Source: an uncultured Planctomycetota bacterium
GTDB taxonomy: Bacteria; Planctomycetota; Planctomycetia; Isosphaerales; Isosphaeraceae
DNA length: 64,000 bases
Direction: 5' to 3'
Assembly: GCA_963845755.1 (NCBI GenBank)
Contig: CAWJTV010000002.1
Coordinates: 9,394-73,393 of the forward strand
The translations under genes were made by a program, and so were the position numbers. The notes beneath the pieces are model-generated. The model was not told the DNA's origin, made no database searches, and saw only the letters and a list, made by a program, of their open reading frames with translations. Shown here piece by piece: positions 22,095-32,600 of this stretch (its first letter is position 1; every line of letters starts with the position of its first letter).

Positions 22095-24434
22095 GTGAGC
22101 ATCGCCACATCGACGAGGTGCATCGTGCCTATCGGGGATCGGGAGTTCCCCTTCGAGAAGCCATGGTCGGGCCGGACCCTTGCGAATCGCGGGTACCTGG
22201 CCTTCGACACCGAGACCGAGGTCCTCAAGGACAGCGACCGGCAAATCCCGCGGCTGGCCCTGGCCACCGTCTGTGCAGGCGACGAGGCGAGCGCCGTGAT
22301 CCACCCCGATCAGGTCGGCCGGTTCATCCTGGCCCATCCGCGGGCCCGCTATGTCATCCACAACGTCGCCTTCGATTTCTGGGTCGTCGACCACCACCTG
22401 CAGGAACGCGGCGAGGAGGAAGCCAGGAAGGCCTGGTGGGACGCGTGCGAGGGGAACCGGATGCACGACACGATGATCATGGGCCAGTTGATCGAACTGG
22501 CCCGCCAGGATGCCGATCCCAGGCCCCGCAGCCTGGCCGACATGGCGCGGGCCTACGCGCGCATGGAGATCAGCAAGGAGGATCCCTTCCGGATGCGGTT
22601 CGGCGAGCTCATCGGCGTTGACTGGGACCAGGTCGAGGACGGATTCTTCGACTACGCGATCAAGGACGCGATCGTCACTCTCCACGCCTTCAGGCCGATG
22701 CTGCTCGAGGCCCAGCGTCTGATGATGGAGCTCGGGGGCGAGGGAACGGCGCTGGCCGACGACGTGCTCGCGCGGCACGGGGCACTCTCGGAATCCATCC
22801 AGGTCAAGGGCGCGGTCGCCCTGGCCTGCATCGAGCGCCACGGCATGCACCTGGACCTCGATCGCGTCCGATCGGCCGAAACATCGCTCCGGGTCGGGCT
22901 CGAAGCCGCGGTGACCGGACTGCGTGCGATCTGCCCCGAGTTGTTCAAGACCAGCCGGGATCCGGCCACGGGCGAGACGGGCCTCCGCCGCACCCAGAAC
23001 GGCGTGCCTTCGATCTCGGAGGAGGTCTTGCAACGGCAGCTTCGCCGCGTGATCGACGAGATCCGCGAGGCGACCGGCCAGGAGCTCGAAATCCCTACGA
23101 CCGAGCGGACTGGCAAGCTCCAGAGTTCAAGCAAGGTCTGGGCCGAGCATGCCCATCGGCACCCGTTCCTCGAGAACTGGCTCGCGATGAAGGACCTGGC
23201 CAAGCTCTGCCAGTTCTTCTCCGCCCTGCGCGAGCCGGTCGTGCACCCGCGGTATCGCCACCTGCTCCGCACCGGCCGGACGGGCTGCAGCAGGCCGAAC
23301 GTCCAGCAGATCCCGCGTGATGACCAGTTCCGGCAGGCGTTCGTCCCGTCGCCTGGCCATTTCCTGCTGGCGGTCGACTTTTCCTTCATCGAGCTGCGGA
23401 CCCTCGCGGCCCATTGCCTGAAAGTATACGGCCGCTCCGAACTGGCGAACGTGATCAGGACCGGGCGAGACCCGCACGCCTACACGGCCGCCATGATCGT
23501 GGGCGTGCCGTTCGAGGAATTCCTCGGCTGGAAGGATGATGAGACCGTGATCGAACTCAACGGCAAGACGCAGGCGCGAAGGCACCATTTCAAAGAGGCC
23601 CGCCAGCTCGCCAAGCCGATCAACTTCGGCGTGCCCGGTGGACTGGGCGCCGCGAGCCTCGTCGCCTACGCCCGTCACACCTACAAGGTGGACATGACGC
23701 TCGAGCAGGCGGGCGCATTCCGGACCCGTCTGATCGAGGAGATCTACCCCGAGCTCAGGATCTATCTCGATGAGGACGGCATGTCGCTCGTGGCCCACAA
23801 TCTCGGCGTTCCGGTCGGCGAGGTCTGGAATGCCTTCGATCGTGAGGGTACGCGAGCCCCTTATATCCCCCTGGGGATCAGGAACATCGTCCGTGGCAGG
23901 ACCCTGAACTCAAAGGGTAGGCCATACAACCCCTCATATCCCAGCGGGGTGTGGAGAGGGTTGATCCGGCTGTGTCGCAACCCCGAGATCAAACCGCTCC
24001 TCGAACAGCGCCGTGGGAATGCGAAGCTCTGCAATCGCCTGTTCGGTAATGCGGTCGTCACGCTGACCGGCCGGATCCGCGGCGGGGTCAGCTACTCGCA
24101 GTGCCGCAACACGCCGTTCCAGGGCCTGGCCGCCGACGGGGCCAAGCTGGGCCTCTTCCGGCTCATCCGTGAGGGTTTTCGCGTGATCGCCTTCGTCCAT
24201 GACGAGGTCCTGATCGAGCTACCCGATGAGGGAGGGTTCGTGTCAAAGGCCGGGATCGATCAGATCGTCGAGATTCTCTGCTCGGAGATGCAGGCGGTCC
24301 TGGGATGCGACCTGCCGGTTGAAGTCGAGTACGCGCTTTCCACCTGCTGGTCAAAGGACGCAAAGTTGATCGAGGCGGATGGCAAGATCTATCCGTGGAG
24401 TCCGGAGACGACCGGGGCCGGAACCGCGTCCTGA
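22095..24434 (+). CDS. Family A DNA polymerase (3'-5' exonuclease + polymerase, no 5'-3' exonuclease)
   Basis: Exo FDTETE, HNVAFD, YAIKD; motif A VDFSFIELR, motif B RQLAKPINFG, motif C FVHDE; TGR..PNVQQIPR; GTG start with GAGGAAG RBS. Confidence 0.93.
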   Translation: MSIATSTRCIVPIGDREFPFEKPWSGRTLANRGYLAFDTETEVLKDSDRQIPRLALATVCAGDEASAVIHPDQVGRFILAHPRARYVIHNVAFDFWVVDHHLQERGEEEARKAWWDACEGNRMHDTMIMGQLIELARQDADPRPRSLADMARAYARMEISKEDPFRMRFGELIGVDWDQVEDGFFDYAIKDAIVTLHAFRPMLLEAQRLMMELGGEGTALADDVLARHGALSESIQVKGAVALACIERHGMHLDLDRVRSAETSLRVGLEAAVTGLRAICPELFKTSRDPATGETGLRRTQNGVPSISEEVLQRQLRRVIDEIREATGQELEIPTTERTGKLQSSSKVWAEHAHRHPFLENWLAMKDLAKLCQFFSALREPVVHPRYRHLLRTGRTGCSRPNVQQIPRDDQFRQAFVPSPGHFLLAVDFSFIELRTLAAHCLKVYGRSELANVIRTGRDPHAYTAAMIVGVPFEEFLGWKDDETVIELNGKTQARRHHFKEARQLAKPINFGVPGGLGAASLVAYARHTYKVDMTLEQAGAFRTRLIEEIYPELRIYLDEDGMSLVAHNLGVPVGEVWNAFDREGTRAPYIPLGIRNIVRGRTLNSKGRPYNPSYPSGVWRGLIRLCRNPEIKPLLEQRRGNAKLCNRLFGNAVVTLTGRIRGGVSYSQCRNTPFQGLAADGAKLGLFRLIREGFRVIAFVHDEVLIELPDEGGFVSKAGIDQIVEILCSEMQAVLGCDLPVEVEYALSTCWSKDAKLIEADGKIYPWSPETTGAGTAS

Positions 24435-25051
24435 GTTACCTGCAGGCGTCATATCCCGGCGCCCCGCCGGCACATGATGAGGCGGCCGTTGATTCGTTTA
24501 CGCGGAACATTGTGCCGGCGGCCGGGACCCTGTATCGCGTCCGATACGCGGCTGATGGAACTCTACCGTCATCATCATGGGGAACCTGTGTTTATCTGCT
24601 GGATCCCGGCGAACCAGTCGAGTAGGTTTGGAGACTGGTCCGGCACGTAGGTCTTCCGCATGGAGTTCTGGCCAGATGACGGCGATGAGCAGCTCATCCT
24701 CATCATGAACGCAGAGAGAGGTTTGAAATCCGGAGATCCGGCTGATTTGAGGCGGGTAACATGTTTAGCATCTCGCCCTGCTCCCACAGATCATCGACAA
24801 CGGCCAGGATCCCGAAGAATTGCCCGACCATACTCGCTGATGCGATCGCGGCGATGCTCACTCCGCTCCTGACGAGGATGGCGATGGCGTTACCGCCTGC
24901 CGTGCCGTTGTGGTCGCCGTCGATGAGTTCGACCGGACCAATCCTGAAGGCCCGAGGGGACAGGCCGTTGACCCGGGGCTGGACCTGGATGGACAAAGCA
25001 AACGGCTTTCTAGGTAGCCGGGAACGAGGAGGAAGCCGTCCGGAATACGAA

Positions 25052-25456
25052 GGACGTTGACCGAATGGTCCGCCGCGGGGATTTCCCCGCGTCGTCGACG
25101 TGCTCCAGTCCATCGGTTTTCTCCATCCGAATGTCTCGGGCATCGACTCTTCCTGGGCGGTCCGGAGGGGTCGGTTCGGAGCGCCGCCCAAAATCGTGTT
25201 CACCGGTGAGAAGGTGCGAGGAATACCTGCTGCCCACTCCCGATGTCGCGGAGGCCGAGGCAGGCCCGACTTTCCCGTGCCCACCCTGGATGCCCTGGCG
25301 CGCATGACTTTGACCTCCTTCCGGCTCAAGGACAAGGTCCATCTCTTGGACCTGCTCGACGTCGGGCTCATCGACGAAAACTGGTGCGGTCGCCTGCCTC
25401 CGGAGATCGCCTCCAGGCTTCAGGAACTCATCGACGAGCGACTTCGAGAAGGGTGA
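25052..25456 (+). pseudogene. Degraded nucleotidyltransferase-like gene fragment
   Basis: DVD..RRGDF, IVFTGEKVR, LTSFRLKDKVHLLDLLDVGLID spread over frames; no start seen. Confidence 0.45.
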
Positions 25457-25810
25457 TCGGATGGCGATCCCGATCCATTGCCCGACCTGGATCAGCCGAC
25501 CGGTCCGACGCTCGCCGCCCCGGCCGCGAGGAGGCCGCTGTCGCAGATCCTGAAGCCCCTGAAACTCGACTCCCTGACCGTCGCCGATGACCCGGATTTC
25601 CTCAAGCTGATCAAGAAGGAGAAGAACCTGCCCGCCTTCCTCAAGACGGGCTTGCCGACGCTCTACTGAAAGCGTGTACGAGGAGCCCTTGTCGGGTGGG
25701 TCGAAGGCCGTATCGCGGCGTGACGGCCCACACTACGAACTTCGAACTTCGACATCCTGACAGTGTCCTGCTGTCCGAACTTCCCGAGACGAAAGAGACA
25801 AGTGACCGCT

Positions 25811-26322
25811 TCAGTTGAGCCAACCAACGGCCACGCCGACCGGCCGCCCTTGCTCGTAGTAGCGTGCCGAGCTCCATGGCCAATCACAAGGGGCTCGGAC
25901 GAGCCCAGCCCGCACAGGATTCTGATGCATGTAAACGACCTTCTCCTCGATCTTCCGCTCGGAGTACAGGTTGAAGTCATAGAATCGGGCCTGCCAGACT
26001 TGGTCGTCCCGAGGGAATGTTGCGGCGTAGGCGGTGAGGCTGGTTCGAAGGAGCGCTTGATCACCACGGAGCTGCGCTGATTCCATTGCTTGAGGAAGTG
26101 GCTGAGCTGGTCGGGCATGGGGAACCAGATGATCGCGTGGACGTGGTCGGGTATGATGACGAACCCGACGCATCGCCCGCGTTGCCGGCCAAGCTGGTCG
26201 TTCAAGAGATCGACGACGACCTGCTTGGCGTCATCGTGGTCGAGTAGGCGACGACGATGATAGCAAGAGAATGTCACGAAATGGGCATCGCCGTCCCGAT
26301 CGTAATCGCGCCTGGGGTTCAT
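25811..26322 (-). CDS. REP-associated tyrosine transposase (RAYT, Y1 HUH), one frameshift
   Basis: HFVTFSC, IPDHVH (HUH), WQARFYD, YMHQNPVRAGL, WPWSS. Confidence 0.88.
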
Positions 26323-26417
26323 GAGAATTCACCCGAAGGAGAACACGTCCAGGCGAGGCAGATTCCAGCGTCAAGTCTGGGGAAGAGTAGCACACGAACC
26401 GATCAGGGGTCAAAGAT

Positions 26418-26585
26418 GTGGCCTGGATCCACGACATGGCCGGGTCGGTGGCTCTCTCCGTATGACCGGCGGCATGACGTGTCCGGGTTGTGCAGCGACG
26501 AGGATCAAGAGAGATCGACCAGGTCCGGCGAACCTCGGATCCTCTTGTGCCTTCGGCACCCGGACACGTCGTGTGTCCGGGCCAC
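26418..26585. repeat. REP-like palindromes upstream of the RAYT
   Basis: Hairpin CCCGGACAC-GTCGT-GTGTCCGGG (26559-26581); inverted copy 26418-26445 (23/28 identical); partial copy 26476-26488. Confidence 0.7.
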
Positions 26586-26689
26586 CCGCGGCCAGGCAAC
26601 TGTCGATGGCCGCTATGCCCGCTTCCCCGCCTTCGATCGGTTCGGCTCAGGGTCCGAAAACGATGAAGTAGCCACACCGGTTTCTACTC

Positions 26690-29600
26690 TCAGGTTCTCG
26701 TTCGATTCTTCATGACGAGAAGGCCGCTATAATCCACTACGACCACGTCGTCATCCCCATCCTTGTCCACGTCGCCGAGAGTGATTGGGCCGTTTACCTG
26801 GCCTGCATTGTAATCCACCTGTTCGCCGAAGGTTCCGTCGCCCTTGCCCAGGAAAACGGATATCGTAGAGCTGCCCAGGGTGATGATGTCGAGCCGACCG
26901 TCGCCGTTCAGGTCGCTCAGCGCCAGGTCAGAAACGCTGTCGCCAGCGGGAACTTGGACGGGGCTGTCGAACGTTCCATCACCGTGGCCCAGGAATATCG
27001 AAATGCTCGCTCCGCCGCTAATGTTGACGCCGGTAGGGACAGTGACGATGTCGAGCTTGCCGTCTCCATTAACATCTCCGACGGCAAGGGCTCCGGCGTG
27101 TGCGTCACCATCTGGTATCGCGATCGGGTTGCCGAACGTGCCGTCTCCATTGCCAAGCAGGATCAGACGAGAAGAAATGATGTCGAGCTTGCCGTCTTGA
27201 TTGACGTCTCCAAGTGCCGAGTAAAGAAGACTCTGCGGTAACTTGATCGGCTTCCCAAAAGTGCCATCCCCGTTGTTCAGCATTGTTAGCGTCGTCGTAC
27301 CTCCAAGGACGATGTCGAGCTTCCCGTCTCCATTGATATCGCCCAGAGACAAGGAGACCGCGCTGTCATCACTAACCGTGGAGTAGTCAGTGGGAGGACC
27401 GAAGGATCCATCTCCCTTGCCGATGAACACCGACAGCGACCCGGGGCCTTCGCCGACAATGTCCAACTTGCCGTCTCCATTGACATCCCCCAAGGTCACG
27501 GAGTCTACGATAGACCCTCCGAGGGAAAGGTGGGTTGGGTTGCCAAAACCTCCGTCCCCGGTCCCGAGGAGAATCGAAACAGCGGGGCTGGGCCCATTCA
27601 CCGAATAGTCCTCGCTTACGCTGTCGAGGATGCCATCACCGTTCACGTCCCCCAGGGCGGAGTCAAGAGTGTCGTTCGCCACCGGGAACAGGGAAGGGCC
27701 ACGTAAGGTTCCATCTCCGTTGCCCGAAATCACGGACACTTCGTTTGCATAAGATAGGGATGTGATGACGTCAAGATTTCCGTCCCCGTTCATGTCGTAC
27801 AGCGCCAAGGCGCTAACCTCGGTCTCCTGGCTGGAAAACTCAGTTGGACTGGAAAAAGTCCCATCGCCTTTGCCCAAGAGTACACCCAAGGCAGTCCGAA
27901 ATCCAACGTCAAACACGATGTCGGGTTTGCCATCTCCGTTCATATCCCCCAATGCGAATGAAGATCCCGAGACCGGGTATTGAGAAGCGATGCTGAAGGT
28001 CCCGTCGCCGCGACCCAATAGCACCGAGACATTGGAGATACCGTTTTGACTGGACGGAGCAACAATATCAAGCTTCCCGTCTCCGTTCACGTCACCCAAA
28101 GTGCCGTACAACAAACTAACACCGGTAGGCAGCGGAACGTCAATCGGGCTTCGGAACGTTCCGTCACCGTTGCCTAGGAGTACCGAGATGGTGAAGCCCG
28201 AGGCGCTTTCAGTGACGATGTCGAGCTTGCCGTCTCCATTCACGTCCCCCAAGAAGACCGCGGAGTCACCGGCTGTCGTTCCGGGGAGATCCTCGTGCCC
28301 GGCAAACGTACCATCGCCGTTACCCAGGAGGATCGAGAGAGAGTGGTCCACAAGATTCGAGGTGACTACGTCGAGCTTGCCGTCGGAGTTCAAGTCGCCC
28401 AACGTCAAAGCGTACGCACCCTTTCCAGCAGGAAAGTCCACTCGATTCCCGAAGCTTCCGTCTCCGTTTCCCAGGAGAACCGTTATACTGTTGTCGGTGT
28501 AATTCGCAGTTACGATGTCCAGCCTGCCATCCCTATTTACATCGCCAAGAGACACTGCGTCAGGCCCTTTACCGATCGTGTAATCAGTCCGTGACTTGAT
28601 CGTGCCTGACGAGGTTCGAATCAAGACCGTTACGGTATCGGGACCGGATGAAATGAGGTCGGCCGCCGAGTTCGCAGTGACAATGTCGGGCACTCCATCC
28701 CCGTCTAGATCGCCGATGGCAATTGAGTTCGGTCCAGTACCGGTCTCGTAAGTTGGGGTATCGAACAGCAATCCTTGAGTCGGGGGTATTATGGAGAAAT
28801 TAAAATCGATCGCCGAGCTTCCCAGAGAGTTGCCCGCTCGGTCGGTGACCTGAGAAGCATCGATCTGGAGTTGATAAGATCCAGATGCGAGCGGCGGGAA
28901 GAGAATTCGTAGCTCTTTGTCATCGTTTACAAGATCGAATTGCACTGGGTCTATCAAAGATCCGCCGTTCGCCCGAAGTCGGAAGATGCTCTCGGAGGCG
29001 ATCGAGGTCGCCATCGGCTCCGAGAAGTCGAGCTTGACAACGCGCAGTCCAGGTCCGTGAATCGAGCCGTCGGCGGTATTGATGTTCGCGATCGAGGGAG
29101 GTGTCGTATCCGGTAGGAGATCGACGATGAGAGGGTCTGAAAGTGACGTGTTGCCGCCGGTATCTGTGGCGCGTACCTGGATCGTGAGCGACTCACCAGA
29201 TCGGCTTGGCGGATTCAGTGCTATCGCCGAGAGGTCCCAGGGATAGGAGACTGCATTCTGAACGACCTGGCCGTTGACCAGGAGCTCTACGTTGCGTACT
29301 TGCACGTCATCGGACCCCTCAGCTCGGATTGGCACCGAGGAACCTTCGACGATCTGGATGCCGGGCGTGGCGGGGTCGACGTCCTGCAGAGTCGTGCTGA
29401 TACTGACCGAGGGCGCCTGGCCCTTGTTGTCAAAGGGGAGATAATTGACGACCTCGAGGCTCGTGCCATCGGCGACGAATGCGATGCCCGACGCGATCGC
29501 GACATCCGTGGGCGCAGCTTCGAGGTTGATGCGTGTCAGGAAGGAGTTGGTATTGGTGGGATCGGTCCCATCCATGACGTCCAGCACGGGAGCCTCGGTG

Positions 29601-32600
29601 AGCTGCGGGGTCCGCACGGTGCCGGCCGCGAGCACAACCCCGGAGCCGTTCGCCGCGACGGCAGTTCCCCCAATCCGGTTGGACTGTTCTGGCCCGGCCA
29701 GCAGGGTGGGATTGTCGGGATTCGTCACATCGACCGTCGCATACCCGCCGAAGTCGTTGGTCGCACCGGCGAGGTACGCGATCCCGTTGCCCAGGAACAC
29801 TTTGCCACCGGCGCCCGGGACGGCTACCGAACCCCGCACGACCATCTGCGGCCCGGAGATGTCCACGACCTGGAGAGTGTCGTCGCTCTCCATCACGTAG
29901 AGCATCCCGCCCTCTCGCGCCATCCCCGTGACGGGGTTGGCTGACAGGCGGAGGTTCTGGATCAGATCGCCCGTCAGGAGATCATAGGACTGGATCACGC
30001 CGCCGACCGACGTGTAAGCGACCCCGTCGACAACCTCAACTTGGCTCGCGTTCACGTGGACGGTCACTGAGACCAGCGGCTGCGTCGGGTCGGACACGTC
30101 CACGAGTTGCAGGCCACCCGAGTTTGTCGCGACGGCGGCGATTTGGAGATTAGGATCGACCGCAACGTCCGTCGCATTACCGGGTAGGTCGATCTGGCCC
30201 TGGAGTATGAGCTTCTGAAACTGAGACGCATCGACGATCGCCATCCCGTAGGAACCGGTGGCGACGTAGGCGGTCTGTCCGCCCTGGCTGGAGCTCGAGC
30301 CAGTGACGGCTACGCTCTGGGCTTCTCCTTGGAGCGGCAGGCTTGCGATGACGCCGGTCGGGAATGACACATTGGCAAGCGGGTTGAGGCCCTCCTGAAT
30401 CGAGGAGAAGTCGTCGATACCATCGCCGTTAGTGTCGGACTTCGTGAGTGAGGTGCCGACCGCGAACTTGATGTCGTCGGGCAGGCCGTCACCGTTGGTG
30501 TCATTGGCAGTGCTGGCCCGGAATGTGGGTTGGCTCACAATCGTGTTTTGTCCGCTGGCGGCGGTTGTGCCGGCACCATGCGCGACCAAGCCGCTTATCG
30601 GGTCGAATTCCGTCACCTCGTACGCTTGATCGGGCGGCAGGAAGAAGTTGAAATCTCCGAAGGCGTCGGTCCGACCGCGAAGGGTGAAGTCCCCGGGGAC
30701 ATTGGGCAGCGCGATGGCGATATAGTCCATGTCTACCGACGCCGCGGGGCCTCCGGCCGGCATTCCTGTCGCATCAACATGGAGCTCGAAGTCTGGGGTT
30801 ACGGGGTCATTCGAGAGGAACTGAATACCCCCACGCTGCAAGCCGGCGTCCTGGAGGTTGCAGACGAGTGAGAAGGACTGTGACGCTCCGGGGGAGAGCA
30901 CCAACGGGTTGCTCGGGCCGAAGCCGGCAGGCATACCTGTGACGCTGAACTGCGGGTCCTGGATGATGTTAGTGATGGTCAAAGGCTGATCGCCGGTGTT
31001 GGTCACCGTGCCGAAGTTGGACACCGTTTGCGACCCCAAGGAGACGTTCACACCGCCGGCGTTGTTGTTCGGCACTTGAACGGAGATCCGCTGCTGGACG
31101 CTGGCGCCGGTGCCAACTAATGCGATGGTCACAGGGCTGTTCGAGTCGTTGGTCGCGATCGTGAGCGTGGCGGCGAAGGGACCGGGCTGGGACGGATCGA
31201 AGACGATCGAGAACGGGAGAGTGGAGGCGCCATCGGTCACGCCCGCCGGTTGCACGGTCGTCCCCGCCGACAGCCCGACCACCGAGAAGTCGCCGGTCGC
31301 GCCGGTGAATGTCAGGCTGGTGACTGTGAGCGGCTGGCCGCCAAAGTTCGCGAGGTCCAGGTCGAGTAGGCCCTGGGCTTGGCCCGGGCCGTCAGCCAGC
31401 ACGGTGCCAAGGTCATGCTGGGTCTGCCGGTCGGGTTGGCCCGAGGTGGTGAGCACGATGGCCGCGGGCGGGCCGCCCGTCAATTGCGGGGTCACGACAA
31501 GGTTGACGCCGGTCGCGTACTGGTCGGCGGTCAGAGTGACCGATTGGTCCGGGGCCGGGGCCAGGCCGGATGGCGGCACGACGCCCACCGAGTACGAGCC
31601 CGCCAGGAGGTCGGTGAACGTGTACTGCCCATTGGCGTCGGTGACGGAGGTCGGCTCGCCCGGATCGAGCGCGCCGTTGCCGTTAGTGTCGAGGAACACC
31701 GTGACGCCGGGGAGGGGCGTGTCGGCGGTCCCTTCGTAGCTGGTGTCCTGCTCCACGACGCCGGTGATGCTCCCCTGGGCCGGGTGGCCGAAATTGACCG
31801 TCTTCGTCGCGCCGGCCTGCAACAACACTGTGTCGCTGCCCGGCTGGCGCGGGAAGTCCGAGGGCCTGGTCGGGTCGACGACCTCCTGCACGGTGTAGAG
31901 GCCGGGCGTCAGCGGCCCGAAAAAATACTGCCCCTGGCCGTCGGTGGTCGTCGATTGCATGATGGTGCCGTCGGACGCGTCGACGAGCTCGATCGTGACA
32001 CCACTCAATCCGGCGTCGCCCGGTTGGAGGACGCCGGTGTGGCCGGGGTCGACGAACTTCTCGCCGGCCAGGTAGGAGACCGGGCCGACCGTCGGCGTGG
32101 GGCCGACGATGCCGGTCATCTGGCCGCCCGCCGTGCCGACGTTGTAGTTGCCGTTGGAGTCCACGCTGATCGCTTGGACCTGGAATGAGTAGACGTCCCC
32201 GGGGACCAGCGGCGTGCCAAGGTTGTCGTCCGACAGGACGATCGATGGGCCGGGCCCCAGCGCGTCCACGGTCTGTGCGGTGCCTCCCGCGGTCGTATCG
32301 GCCAATGTGACGAGGTAGTGGTCCGCCCCGCTGACCGGGTCCCACGTGAGCTCTTCCTCGTCGCTGCCATACCAGTAGGCCTGGACGTCCTGCACGGCTG
32401 GGAGGGCCGCCGGGTCGGTGATGCTGATGACGGCCGGGTCATAGGCGCTGAACACCGGCACGTTCTGGCCGTCGTCGATCAGGGCGTAGATGTGGTAATC
32501 GCCGGTGGCCAGGTCGAAGGTGCTGGTGTTAACGTCGATCGTGCTCCCGCCGTCGACCGCCGTGGTGGAGGCGATGGGTGTGCCGTCATAGCCGCTGGAG

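Larger units (their letters stand above)
8965..24434 (+). mobile_element. Integrative element core (integrase plus replication module); right boundary undetermined, probably further right
   Basis: Integrase next to the tRNA 3' end, followed by co-oriented excision, recombination and replication genes. Confidence 0.7.
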
